Shown here piece by piece: positions 22,132 through 33,627 of a stretch of 64,000 bases of DNA. The first letter of the stretch is position 1, and every line of letters begins with the position of its first letter. The stretch lies in NCBI RefSeq assembly GCF_000142905.1, contig NW_013657645.1:62001-126000 (forward strand). Reading direction: 5' to 3'. This DNA comes from Thecamonas trahens ATCC 50062 (lineage: Eukaryota; Protista; Apusomonadida). The notes under the pieces are model-generated. The model was not told the DNA's origin. It saw nothing but the letters and a program-made list of their open reading frames with translations, and did not search any database. The translations under genes and the position numbers were made by a program.

Positions 22132-22445
22132 ATCACATCCATCACATCATCACATCCATCACATCCATCACATCCATCACATCCATCACATCCATCACAT
22201 CCATCACATCCATCACATCCATCACATCCATCACATCCATCACATCCATGCCATCCATCACATCCATCACATCCATCACATCCATCACATCCATCACATC
22301 CATCACATCCATCACATCCATCACATCATCACATCCATCACATCCATCACATCCATCACATCCATCACATCCATCACATCCATCACATCCATCACATCCA
22401 TCACATCCATGCCATCCATGCCATCCATGCCATCCATGCCATCCA
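22132..22445. repeat. Second copy of the 9-bp minisatellite, after an N gap
   Basis: Same array plus ~265 bp of flank duplicated across the gap 22018-22131. Confidence 0.9.
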
Positions 22446-22452
22446 CCGCGCA

Positions 22453-23544
22453 ATGCGCACTCGTCGCACTCATCACTCTCATTCACTGCGTGGCGCTGCA
22501 CCTGATTCTGCTCGACATGGCGCAGAGTTCCGCCGCTCCGGATCCAAGGGCCGCATGCACTCGTTCTCGTCCATCGACTACCTCGACAAGCTTGGCGAAG
22601 AGGTCGAGGTCAATCGCGACGTGTACAACCACGCCAACGGCCAGGGTGAGCTCCCGCTCCACCTCGCTGCCTCCACTGGCTCGGTGACCATCGCCGAGCT
22701 GCTGCTGGAAAACGGCGCAGACATCGACGCCACCAATCACAACGGCGAGTCGGCGCTGTTCCTCGCTGCAGCCGGTGGTCACGCCAAGCTGGCCAACTTT
22801 CTCATCGACGCTGGCGCGTCGCTGTGGAGCTACACCAACACCGGCAAGTCGCCGCTTGATGCTGCCACTTCTGCCGGTTCGTCGGCCATTGTCTCGGCTA
22901 TCCTCAACGCCAAGCTCCACTATGCCGCTGCCAAGGGCCAGACCGGCGTCATCGCCCGCCTCGCCGCTATGTCTGAGGTCTCGCTCAACGCCACCAACCG
23001 CGACGGTTGGACTGCGCTTGGCATCGCTGCCGCCCACGGTCACGTCGAGGTTGTCCGTGACCTGCTCGAGCTTGGCGCCTCGGTTTCGACGGGCTCTGAT
23101 CCGCTGCGCCTCGTCAACTCGCTCGTTACCGTCGAGGCGCCCGAGATTGAGCTCATTGGCCGGGACATCAAGGCCTTGCTCATGGCCGCCCGCAAGACTC
23201 ACGCATCGGCAAAGTCACCTGTCAAGGGCGCGGGCGTCGCCTCCCAAGGCGACCACCTCGTCGAGCGCGCCGCGGCAAACGACTTTGGCGTCGTCGCTCA
23301 GATGCTTGCCGACGGCGTCCAGGCCGATATGCCCAACAAGCGCGGCTTGACCGCTCTCCACGTTGCCTCGCGGGCCGGCCACTACGACATGGTCAAGCTT
23401 CTTCTGGAGCATGGCGCAGATACCGCCATTGGCGACGCCGTCAAAGGCAACTGTGCCGTCCACTGGGCTACAGCAAACGGTCACGCTGACGTCGTCCGCC
23501 TCCTCCTTGAAAACGCGTCTGCGCCGCCGCTGATGGATGCGTGA
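22453..23544 (+). CDS. Ankyrin repeat protein (true start may be the ATG at 22517 or 22555)
   Basis: GELPLHLAA, GESALFLAA, GWTALGIAAAHGH, GLTALHVAS, GNCAVHWA repeats. Confidence 0.88.
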   Translation: MRTRRTHHSHSLRGAAPDSARHGAEFRRSGSKGRMHSFSSIDYLDKLGEEVEVNRDVYNHANGQGELPLHLAASTGSVTIAELLLENGADIDATNHNGESALFLAAAGGHAKLANFLIDAGASLWSYTNTGKSPLDAATSAGSSAIVSAILNAKLHYAAAKGQTGVIARLAAMSEVSLNATNRDGWTALGIAAAHGHVEVVRDLLELGASVSTGSDPLRLVNSLVTVEAPEIELIGRDIKALLMAARKTHASAKSPVKGAGVASQGDHLVERAAANDFGVVAQMLADGVQADMPNKRGLTALHVASRAGHYDMVKLLLEHGADTAIGDAVKGNCAVHWATANGHADVVRLLLENASAPPLMDA

Positions 23545-23851
23545 ACCGCTCATCCGCCTTTTATCCTTTACGGTACGGAGTGGACACATTTGTCCATCGC
23601 GCAAGCCGCGCACAGCAACGCTCCACAAACGTCGCAACGTCCATCGATCGCGGTAAAAGAGTAGTACAATGTGTTAATGGCTGCCGTGGTCACTGGTGGG
23701 CCACAACAGAAACAGTCGGCGATGCAGAGATGGACGCGTCGCGCAGCGTCGCGCAGCGTCGGCCGGTGACCTGGGAGTCAAGCATCATCGAGTTGTTCAC
23801 TTTGAGACGCGCGACAATGCGTCCGAACGACCGTACCGCTAAGGGATAAAA

Positions 23852-26144
23852 CTAGTACGTGCCGGGCGGATAGTACACGCCGGCTGCGTCGGTGTATCCG
23901 CCCTCGACGTCGGTAATGCCACCTGCCGCGTCGATGTAGTTGCCCGCCGTGTCCCAGTACCCCCCGCAGCGTCGTAGCCGTTGCGGTCGTAGCCGAGCCG
24001 GTCAAAGCCATTGCGGTCGTAGCCCTGGGCATCAAAGCCCTCGGCATCGTATCCGTCTGCGTCGAACGCAACGGCCTCGGGCGCCGCCATAGGCGCCGCT
24101 GCCGTCTTGGCCGCTCCCGCCGCCCCAAACTGTGCTGCAAGCGCAGACGCCAGCGCAGACTTGGCTGACGCGTCCATCCCCGCCACCGCCGCGTTGGTAA
24201 CTCGCGGCTTGGCAGCAATCGGAGGCGGCCCGCCGACAGGCTTGGCCGCCACAACAGGCTTGGCCGCCACAGCAGGCTTGGCCGCCACAGCAGGCTTGGC
24301 CGCCACAGCAGGCTTGGCCGCCACAGCAGGCTTGGCCGCCACAGCAGGCTTGGCCGCCACAGCAGGCTTGGGCTTGGGATTAATCGGGCCGGGGCCGGGG
24401 CCAGGGCTCCTGGCCCGGCCGGCGGGTGTGAGCGAGAGTCGCTTGGCGGCCTTGCCGGCCGGCTTGAGCCCGCCAGGCAGCGGCTTGCGGGCGGGCTTGG
24501 GTGCGGGCGCTGGGGCGCCGCTTGCGCTTGCGCCGTCAGCGCCGCCGGCCAGCAGGTGCTCGGCCACAAAGTCGCGGATCTGCATGGTCTCCTTACGGGT
24601 CCGCAGCTTCGTCTTGTCGATGCCAGCAGCCTCGAGAATGTCGTCCCACTCGGAAGGCAGGATCGAGTCAACCGAAAACTCGAGGCGGCCGTTCTCGCGG
24701 ATCTTGCCCTTGTGGAGAAGAAACTGCATCTCGTCGCGATTCTCAAACTTGTAGTCGGCGAGCGTCTTGGTCAGCTTGAGCGTGCCCTTCTTGTCCGACT
24801 TGAGGAAGTAGTCGACAACGTTGATGATCTCAAACTTGACGCCGATCTCGTTCATGGCCGACGCCACCGTCAGGTTCTTGTCAAAGCACAGGAGCTTGAC
24901 CGTGCCAGTCTCGGCAAGCTCGATGCGGAGGTAGAGCTTGTCCTCCTCAGCAAGGTGCTTCTCGTCGACCTTTGTGGCCGCCACTGCCGCGGCCTCCTCG
25001 TCGACGCAAACGTAGTAGACCAGGTCGCGCGAGGCAAGGCCGGCCGACTCGAGCGACTTTGCATGCTTGAGCGTCTTGCCGGACTCGGTCTTCAGCGAGA
25101 AGGCCGCAAAGTTGGCCGACTTGTCGCCCACGGCCTCCCACACCTTGTACACCGCCACTATCGTCGAGTACTGCGCCTTGAGTGGAACAGTCTTGATGAC
25201 CGACGCGCTCTCGTCCATGGCCACACGGAGGAGAAGGTCTGTCGGCTCGATCTCGGGATCTTTGCGCATCAAGTTGAAGATCTGGCCGTGGAGGTGCGCA
25301 AACGACTCGAGCGGCTTGTCCGGCTTGATCTTGGAAGTCTTTCCCGACGGCTGGACCATGAGCAGATCCCACTTGGAGACGTCGCAGATCTCCAGCCCAA
25401 AGCGAAGACCCATAATGTAGAGACAGACTCCAGCCGGCGCCACAATCGGGAGCTGGACCAGCTTCTCGGCGCCCTCGTATCTCGCCTTGACCATGAGCAG
25501 GTGGCGAGTGTCGTAGTCGCGGTCAGCCACAGGGTTGAAGTCGGCCTTCTCAATGATGACCGGCGCAGCCTCGAGTTCTGCCTCCAGACTCGGCGGGAGA
25601 TACGTTGGATCGCCGAGGTTGTACATGTAAGCCACGCGGAGGAGGACCCTGTACGCCACCTGATCGTTCATCATGACCTCGTCGGGGCGATCGGGAGCAA
25701 GATCGACGCCCAACTGTTCGGCAAAGAACTCCCAAACAGCGCGCAAGTTCTCCAGCTTTTCAGCACCCGACGTAGGCTCAAAGGTAGTGTTCTTCCTGTT
25801 TGCAGCAAACGAGTAGCCGGCCAAGTACTCAAGGAGGGCCAGAAAGACGACGCCATCTCTCAGATCTTCATCAATGTACTTGATCTCTCTCCCTGTAGCA
25901 CTCAGCAGGTCATTGAGCCAGAGAGTCATGGCATCCCTATGCCTTGCCTTGGGCGTGTACATCTCACGTCCTTCCATAATAGCATCTGCTTCCTCTGACC
26001 ACAGCGGCCGTTCCTCGTCTGCCATGCCCGCCACCGGTGGGGGTCCAGCTGCCGGGTTGGGTGATGGTAAGGGTGTGAGTGACATGTGGGAGGAGGGAGG
26101 GGGGGGGGGGGGGGATAGTGGGAGGGGGGGGGGGTACCTGACAT
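23852..26144 (-). CDS. Cytoskeletal adaptor: CH domain, 3 ubiquitin-like (talin F0-like) domains, WASP-GBD-like domain, Pro/AKPAVA repeats, GYD repeats. Exons 26144-26138 and 26048-23852, frameshift at 23960-23965
   Basis: LWLNDLL..DLRDGVVFLALLEYL..KLENL (CH); three 'L+v......K...f....tv' units; LPSEWDDILEAAGI..IRDFV; one extra G gives GYDAAGGYWDTAGNYIDAAGG..YYPPGTY*. Confidence 0.75.
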
Positions 26145-26537
26145 GGTTGGGTGGAGTGGGGTGGGGGGTGGGGGGTGGGGAGGTGAGCGGGGGTGGGGGG
26201 AGGAGGAGCTGGCGGGGCGCAGTGGGGAGTTGCGGGCGAAACCGGGCGTGTGGCAAAGAAGGGGCAGGGGGGAGATCGGGGGGGGATCGGGCAGCTACGG
26301 TAGAGGGGAGCAGAAAGGGAATGGGGTGCGGTTTAGTGCAGGTGATCAGAGAGAGTGAGCAGAGAGTTATCGGAGCTCGGACCAGGTCATCCCACCGATG
26401 GCTCGAGGAGATGGTCGCTGAGCCGGCGAACGGGCGACGAGTGACAGAGCGTGGGGGGGGGAGGGGGGGGGGGGGGGAGGGGGCACACTCAACCTCCGCT
26501 AGCGACCATGGATAAGGCACTGAGCGCCGAAGTCGGC

Positions 26538-27043
26538 ATGGAGAGCGAGCTCATTGGTGCTCTCAACACTATGTAAGTTTTATCTGTTTTATGTGTATGG
26601 CAGGGGTGGTAGAGGGTGTTGAAGAGGTGGCGGGAGGGGGGAGGGGGGAAGATGACCTGGAGGGAGCGGAGCGTGACTTGGGAGGAGGAATGGGGGGGGA
26701 GGAGGAGGGAGGGCATGACATGGTCAGAGTGAAGGGGTATACTCATTGCCGAATGGAAATCAATGTTTTGGGTGTGGGCATGGGTGTGGGTGGGTGTAGT
26801 TCGAAGAAGGAGAATGTGAATGGTGTTGTTGCTGCTCAGCTCGACGGTCTCTGTCTCGGCACCAAGGGTGTCATGACCTCGCCTGCTGCTGGCTATGTGG
26901 CCGGTGTGGCTAACGCTGCTATGGCCATGCCTGGCTCGGGCTCTCCTATGGTGGCCATTGAGACTGATGCTGGTACTACTGTCGTCGCTGTCAAGGACAA
27001 CGTTGTCACCGCTGTCAGCTCTCGTCGCACCGCAGACATGTAA
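26538..27043 (+). CDS. LAMTOR5: Ragulator subunit LAMTOR5/HBXIP; exons 26538-26572 and 26800-27043, 92 aa
   Basis: GTAAGT..TAG intron; MESELIGALNTISKKENVNGVVAAQLDGLCLGTKG..AGYV..PMVAIETD..VTAV aligns by eye with LAMTOR5. Confidence 0.85.
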
Positions 27044-27225
27044 ACATCGCCATCGCGCTACCACCTCCCTCTTGCATGACACAGCCATCATCGTCTTTTG
27101 TGCGGTGGATGGGTGGTCTGGTGGACGGGTGGTCGGCGGACGGACAGCCAGCGGCTGATGAGCAGATGGCTGTGGGCGTAGGATAGCCCGGTGCGTGGCA
27201 GAAGTGAGAGTGTTAGCTGAGGGGG

Positions 27226-28085
27226 TTACTCGCGCTTGCGGAACGACTTGTTGGGCTCGGGCGACCAGTTGAGGGCGTTGGTGGCCTTGACCTTGAGCCA
27301 GTACGGGTTAAGGTAGAGGGCCATGGTGCCGGTGCCGACAAAGAGCATGGCCTGCGAGACGTAGGGGAGGATCTGGAAGGAGCGCGGGAGCTGGACAAAG
27401 TAGTTGCCGAGGAGCATGAGGTCGATGCCGCAGCGGAAGAAGACCCAAACCACGACGAGGATCCACTGGTTGATGAGCCAAGTCACGGTGTGCGGCTTGT
27501 TGAGCTTGCTGAGGACCCACGAGACGCCGGTGAACGGCGCCGAGATCTCCTCGGTAAAGAGGCACACGCCCCACCAGAAGCCGATGCCGGACCAGAGGTA
27601 GATCGAGTAGCCAGCGAGGCCGAGGATGTGGTGGATGAGAAGGGTCGAGTCCGAGCGGCCCCAGACCTGCGAGACGTACAGGTACGTGATCATTTCGAAG
27701 GCAAAGAACGCCAGGATGGTCTTCATGAACAGGTACGACGCCGGGTTGACGCCCGTCACCGGGTCCGCCGCGAGCTCGGCGTACAGCTCGGTCTTGAGCA
27801 GCAGATGCAGGCCATTGTAGAGGCCGTAGAAGCCAGCCACCGACCTGCACTCGCCGACAACGGATTGCCACGACAATGTCCAAGTGCAGCAGATCACGAC
27901 CAAAACGACCAGGAGCAGTGGGAACAGGAGATGCAGCAAAACAAAGCCATAGGAACCAGGACCAGGACCAGCAGCAGGAGCAGGATCAACAGCAGCAGGA
28001 GATGCAGCATAACACAGCCATGACCAACAGGATGTGCAGGAGCACAGCACCATCATCGTCATCATCATCATCGTCATGGTTATGG

Positions 28086-28150
<65 letters not shown>

Positions 28151-28595
28151 GTCATCATGGTCATGGTCATGGTCATCATCATCATCATCATCATCATGGT
28201 TATGGTCATCATCATCATCGTCATCATCATCACCCATCATCATCATCATCATCATCATCAGCGTGCCCCATGTCCAAAGCCAGCCACCGTTTGTCCACCA
28301 GTGAGTCACCGCCAGCACCAACCACCCCTCCCTCCCCCCCCTCCCCCCCCCCAACCCCCACTACAGCACACAGAGAGAGTGGGACATACCGAACAATGCG
28401 GAGGTAGTAGGGCATGCGGTCCTTGGGCTTAAAGGTAGCAAAGAAGGGAGCCATAGGACCAATGATCATAGTGATGGCCAGGAGAATGAACCAGGCCACC
28501 ATGGCGATGACCACGCCCAGAGCCTTGTCCTCCTCCGACTCCATGACCTCCATAACACCCGAGAGACTCGTAAGACGGCTCATGTCAAAGCTCAT
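27226..28595 (-). CDS. CLN8: TLC-domain ER protein, CLN8-like; exons 28595-28390 and 27844-27226
   Basis: GTATGT..CAG intron in frame (LRIVR|SVAGFY); FFAFE, LLIHH, EISAPFTGVSWVL, WLINQW, LNPYW; basic C-terminus RKRE. Confidence 0.8.
28050..28262. repeat. (ATC)n microsatellite in the CLN8-like intron
   Basis: Long CAT run with ATGGTC interruptions. Confidence 0.92.
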
Positions 28596-29679
28596 GACCA
28601 CAAGTTAGTGAGAGTGAGGTGTACCACTGCGTGTTCTTGCTTGCTTGCGTGAGGTCATCTCCACTTTCTCACTCTTCCACTCGGGTCGTAGGTAGTACAG
28701 CGGGGAGGGAGCGGGGGGAGGGGAGGGAGGGGGGGAGCGGGGAGCAAGGGCGAGGCGGCGGTGGTGGAGGGCGCTCAATCGTTCAATCATTCGTTCGTTC
28801 AATTGTTCGCACGTTCAATCGTTCCTTCATTCGTTTGTTTGTGTTTGTTAGCGCGACAGAGTCCTTTTTTTTCGTCGCGCGCGCGCACGTGACCCGGGGG
28901 ATGGAGGGATGGGATAAAGGGAATAAGGAGGGGAGGGAGAAGGGGGAGAGGGAGAGGGAGGGAGAAGGGAGGAAAGAGTGTGATCAGAGGTGGAGGGGGA
29001 TTTGGGGCGGTTGGATGCGGAGGGAGAGGGGAGGGAGATGGCCCGGAGGATCATCCCCCGCTTCGCCCCCGCTCGGGAGGACTGCAAGTCCCGCTCGCCG
29101 CGCACGTGGTAGCTGCTGTGGTGCGATGGGACATGGGCTTGGATCGTCAATAATGCTATTGATTCGTTGGTGATGCTCCTATTGTCAGTCCTTGTTCTGG
29201 TCGTGCAGTGATCTCGCGGCGCATGGTGCAAAGCAGAGTGCCCATCAGAGCATGTGCTTGACGCCATGGACCTGGCCGTCAAAGCCCATCCAGCAATCAA
29301 GAATCAGCACGACACACTGCTGACGCGGCGGACAGGGACCGATGGCGTACGGCAGATGCTATGTTGTGCGTCCTCTCGGCGCTGATCGGGATTGCCGCCC
29401 CTCTCCTCGTTGCCTCCATTCGTTCCAACACCATCCCTCCCCTCCCCCAACCCCCCCACCTCAAACACCCCGATCCACCTCAAACACCCCGATCAGATCC
29501 CCCCTCCCCCTCCCCCTCTCTCCCCCCCATCTCCTTCCACCCATTCATTCCGATACGATCCCACATCCCCCCTCCCCTCCCTCCCCCCCCCTCTCCCTCT
29601 CCCCCTCCCCCTTACCCTCCCCCCGTCCCTCTCCAAACCACCCCTCCCCCTCCCCAGCCACACCAAAACGGGGTCCTTC

Positions 29680-31638
29680 ATGAGCACCGAGCCCGAGCCC
29701 TCAGAGCGGGTCCTCCGCCTCCGCGAGCTTCTTGACGCCTCTGACGACGACGACGACGACCTGGCTGACTCACTCTCTCCCGCTGTCTCTGGTGGGGAAG
29801 CGACTGCCACCGGAGCCAACGCCCACATGGCATCGCCGTCTGGATTTGGTGGTATGCCTTCGTCATCTGGTCCATCTGCATCGTGTTCAAGTACTCCTGC
29901 TGCTGCTCCTGCTCCTGCTCCGAGTGCGCCGTCGCCATCGTCGCCATCACCCTCGCGCCTGCTGTGCGTCGAGTGCCGGACGGATGCGAGTGTGAGGTGT
30001 GGGACGTGTCTGGATGAGCTGTGTGATGTGTGCTTTACTGCTCTGCATCGGAGAGGTACACGTGCTAGTCACGTGCCTAAGATCCTCGACGGCGCCGTCT
30101 CGTCACTTGCTCCGGCTCTCGCCGCCGCAGGCCTGTCCGGTGGAGATGATACTGCCGTGGATATGGACGAGGTCGTCGCCGCAGGCGTGGGCATGCCGCT
30201 GAGTGGGAGAGAGGACGCCGGAGGTGAAGCTGCCGGAGAGGTGCTCGACTACGCAGAGCGGGCAAAGTACATCCCCATGCGACTCACGGCCAAGGAGCGA
30301 AAGCTGCTGCGGCTGGTCAAGAACGCCGTCCGGGTCCTGCCCTACACCGACCGGGTGGACAAGGTCTTCCGCCACGCCGCCAAGCGGACCATGGTCCAGA
30401 TCAAGAACATCGCCGCACTCTGCTCGGGCATCATCACGGCCTCGGCCATGGAGGAGGGCCGCACCGTCGTCGACTCGCGCGACTTTAACCGCTACGCCAA
30501 GTTCCTCCGCAGGGTCTTTGAGGTCTACCGCAGGCACCAGGTCTCCAACCCGGACTGCGACCGCGACCTGTATGTCAAGCTCATCTACATCCTGCAGGAC
30601 TCACAGTCTGCTGGCGTGCAAGAGCTCCTGGGCTTCTCGCTGGTGAAGGAGATCAAGACGGTGGCGACGTACCTCCGCTCCGTTGGCGCTGAGGGCCTGC
30701 TCCACGAGCCTGCACTCGCCACCGCCACTCGCGAGATCATGCCCGAGGGCAAGTCCCGGCCGGTCATCAACGCCGAGATCAAAGCCAAGGAGCGGGCGCA
30801 GCGGGTCCTCGCCCGCAAGTACATGTCGTCGCGTGCTGACGAGGACGACATTGCCCAGGCCATCTACTCGATGGCCGACAACTTTGCCTATCTTCGCTTT
30901 GCCCGCGTCCCCGTCGTCCAGCTCCAGGGCTACCTGGCCTCGTACTTTGACCCTCAGACCGTCGACGGTGAGTACTCGCTGGCTATCGCCGAGGGTGTCG
31001 GCGGTGCGAGGCTCACCCACGGCCACGCCCGCCAGTTCCAGTTTGTCAACCAGACGCTCCGCCTCTGGTCGGCCGTCACCTTTGACATGTTCCATCTGTG
31101 GTACCTCGCCGACGCCGATCTGCTCGATCCGGCCTCGCCGTACGAGCTCCGTGACACCGGCCAGGGTCTCAACCGCGTCCAGGCCGCCCCGCGTATTGCC
31201 CGCGCCATGCGCTCGCTCGTCAACACCGTTCAGGCCTCCTTCCGCGGCGCGTGGGTTGGCTCGGCCGTCGTCCACGTCGGCGACGACATGGTGCCCAACG
31301 CCCTGGCCTTTATCGACAAGTACAACGCCGTCGCCCGCGCCTGCACCCCCATCGTCACCGCCGTCAACAACCTCGGCCAGCTCGTCGACGACGACAACAT
31401 CATCGAGAGCTTTGTCAACAGCGCGTGGACCGATCTCCCCACCGCCCGCCTTGCCATCCTCCACGACCTCTTCCTCCACGCCTTTGACGGTTCGGGTGGC
31501 GCAAACTTTATCCAAGCCGGCTCGTGCATCGACGGCCGTCTCACCTCGCTCTGGTCCTGGTGCCAGGCGCTCCCGTCCAAGCCCTACTACGACCTGTTCA
31601 AGCTCACGGGCTTTGTCGGCTTTGACGGCGAGATGTAA
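29680..31638 (+). CDS. B-box zinc finger + DUF2009 (UPF0652) protein
   Basis: CVEC..CGTC..LCDVCFTALHRRGTRASH; RAKYIPMRLT; GARLTH.H..QF.FV.Q; AFDGSG..AGSCIDGRLTS.W.WC. Confidence 0.85.
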   Translation: MSTEPEPSERVLRLRELLDASDDDDDDLADSLSPAVSGGEATATGANAHMASPSGFGGMPSSSGPSASCSSTPAAAPAPAPSAPSPSSPSPSRLLCVECRTDASVRCGTCLDELCDVCFTALHRRGTRASHVPKILDGAVSSLAPALAAAGLSGGDDTAVDMDEVVAAGVGMPLSGREDAGGEAAGEVLDYAERAKYIPMRLTAKERKLLRLVKNAVRVLPYTDRVDKVFRHAAKRTMVQIKNIAALCSGIITASAMEEGRTVVDSRDFNRYAKFLRRVFEVYRRHQVSNPDCDRDLYVKLIYILQDSQSAGVQELLGFSLVKEIKTVATYLRSVGAEGLLHEPALATATREIMPEGKSRPVINAEIKAKERAQRVLARKYMSSRADEDDIAQAIYSMADNFAYLRFARVPVVQLQGYLASYFDPQTVDGEYSLAIAEGVGGARLTHGHARQFQFVNQTLRLWSAVTFDMFHLWYLADADLLDPASPYELRDTGQGLNRVQAAPRIARAMRSLVNTVQASFRGAWVGSAVVHVGDDMVPNALAFIDKYNAVARACTPIVTAVNNLGQLVDDDNIIESFVNSAWTDLPTARLAILHDLFLHAFDGSGGANFIQAGSCIDGRLTSLWSWCQALPSKPYYDLFKLTGFVGFDGEM

Positions 31639-31671
31639 ACGACGCCCACAACACGCACACCCGTCCGACGC

Positions 31672-33398
31672 CTACGCCAGCAGCGCCCCAATCGCCCGCG
31701 CCTTGCGTGCTGCCTCCCATGTCGCCCGCGCGTCGTGCGCGATGGCCACATCGACCAGCGCTGGCAGAGTGAAGGGTGCGTGCATGCCGAGCGGGCCAAA
31801 GGTGGCCGAGCCGCCAAAGGTGGAGAGATCGCGCCGCGCCCGGAGCGAGTCCGCGACCTCGCCGCGTGGTCGGTTGTGCCATCCCAGCACGTTCATGATG
31901 CGGTACGCTGGGCGCGAGGAGCCTCCGCTGCTGCTCCCGCCGCTTCCACCGCCACCGCGCCGCGTCTTGTGCGATGCAGCCCGCCCGAGGCCGCCTAGAT
32001 CCGACAGCATGCGTGGCGTCGACTCGTACGACATGGCCTGGAGCGAGGCAAAGTTGGAGACCCGCAGGCCCGACGAGCCGTTCCCACGGTCGCCACCCAG
32101 CGCAGAGCTCGATGCCGAGAGACCGAGCGCGCTCAGCCCGTACGACGCGTTGAGTCGCGAGCTCGATGACGAGCCGCCGGCCGACGAGCCTGCGCCCAGC
32201 GACGACGCGCCCGACGGGAGCAAGTCGAGCTGCAGCGAGTCGGGCGTCCGCCGCGAGTGCGGGAGCAGCGCCGACGGCGCCGCGCCGCCCGAGCCAGCAA
32301 GCGAGCTGGCGAGATCGCGCTGGATCTTGTCTGATGGCATGCGGAAGCGGACCACAAAGCCGACTCCGCGCCGGAGCTGGACGCCGAGGTAAATGTTGCC
32401 CGAGCCCGAGCCGGTGTCGTCGCACAGCGCAAAGACGTCCGACGGCGAGAGCTTGGACACTTGGTTGGCGCCATCTACAGGCAAGACGCCGACCAGCGGC
32501 GGCGTTTCGCCGCTGTTGGCGTCGGGCGCGCGCTCGTAAAGCAGGCCCATGGCGTTCCGCCGCGAGACAAGGATCCATGCCTGGTGCCACCTGGTGGTGT
32601 CAGGCGGAGGGGCGGCGTCGTCGTCGTCGCCCACGCCGGCCGCCATGTTCATCGCCGCCGACAGCGGGACCACCCCCTTACGCACCAGCACGTCGACCAT
32701 CGCCCCGCGCGTTCGCTCGCGTGCCTGGATTTGCGACGCAAGCACCGCCATCTCCTTAGTCAGCAGCGACGGCGGGAGCGGGTCGAGCGGGTCCGGCGGC
32801 GGCGGGCAGTCGTGGGTCTGCGGGTCCAGAAAGGTCGGCACGGCCGCAAACGCGCCCGTCCTCGCCTTTGCTTCGCCCAGCAGTCGCGCTGTCTCCTTCC
32901 GCGCCCGCTCAAGACAGCTGGCGAGGACAGTGCCTGCATACGGCGCGTAGCCCGACGACGGATCGAGGACCGGCGTGACGGCCACAGCGGCAGCGGCGGG
33001 CGCGATGGCTCCGCTCGACGAGACCTCGCCGTCGCTGCTAGCCACAGCATGTGGCAGGACGTCCGGAGTGCCCATGCCCAACGCAACCATGGGAGTGAGT
33101 GCACCAGGCGCGGGCTCGAGAGCGGCGACGGCAGGCGGATGCGAGGAGGCGTCAGCGGGCGAGTGAGCCAATTGCGCCTGCGCAGAGATTCCGGCCTCGA
33201 CACTCGCCCCGCTCCCGGTGGCCACCATCCGCATAGGCTGCAGCGAATGCTGTCCATCTGGCGATGAGGCTGTAGGCGAGGTCGTTGCCGAGTTTGACCT
33301 TGATGATGACGGTGTATGTGGCGTGGCTGTTCCCGAACTAGGCGAGGTGCTCGCTGCCGACAGCGGCGAAGTGGCACCTCCGCCACCGCCACCGCCAC

Positions 33399-33433
<35 letters not shown>

Positions 33434-33546
33434 CCTGTGGTGGGCACCAGGAGGGTGTCGAGCAGAGTGGAGATGCGGGAGCCTTTGGCAAGGAGTTCGC
33501 TCACCGCCTGGTTGGCTGCTGTCGAGCCCGGTGGCGCGTATGACAT
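31672..33546 (-). CDS. Hypothetical protein, low-complexity N-terminus
   Basis: 624-aa ORF with ATG start and coding-like codon use; no family recognised. Confidence 0.6.
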
Positions 33547-33627
33547 GGCCTGCCCGGGTGGGGGGGGAGGGGGTCAGGTGGGGGGCGACACGAGTCTACT
33601 TTACGAGGAATCGTTCATTTGATCGTT

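Noticed and set aside
20960-22505. ORFs with SIT/HHI/HPS/MDV repeats
   Set aside because: Translations of the 9-bp minisatellite
21500-22710. Tandem duplication of the ankyrin gene 5' end
   Set aside because: Near-identical copies flank an N gap next to a 9-bp array; almost certainly an unmerged contig overlap
27876-28432. Poly-Met/Ile/Asp/Ser ORFs
   Set aside because: (ATC)n microsatellite inside the CLN8-like intron
29100-29340. Possible structured ncRNA (ATGGGCTT..AAGCCCAT pairing)
   Set aside because: Only a short stem and no recognisable RNA family motifs; would need Infernal/Rfam
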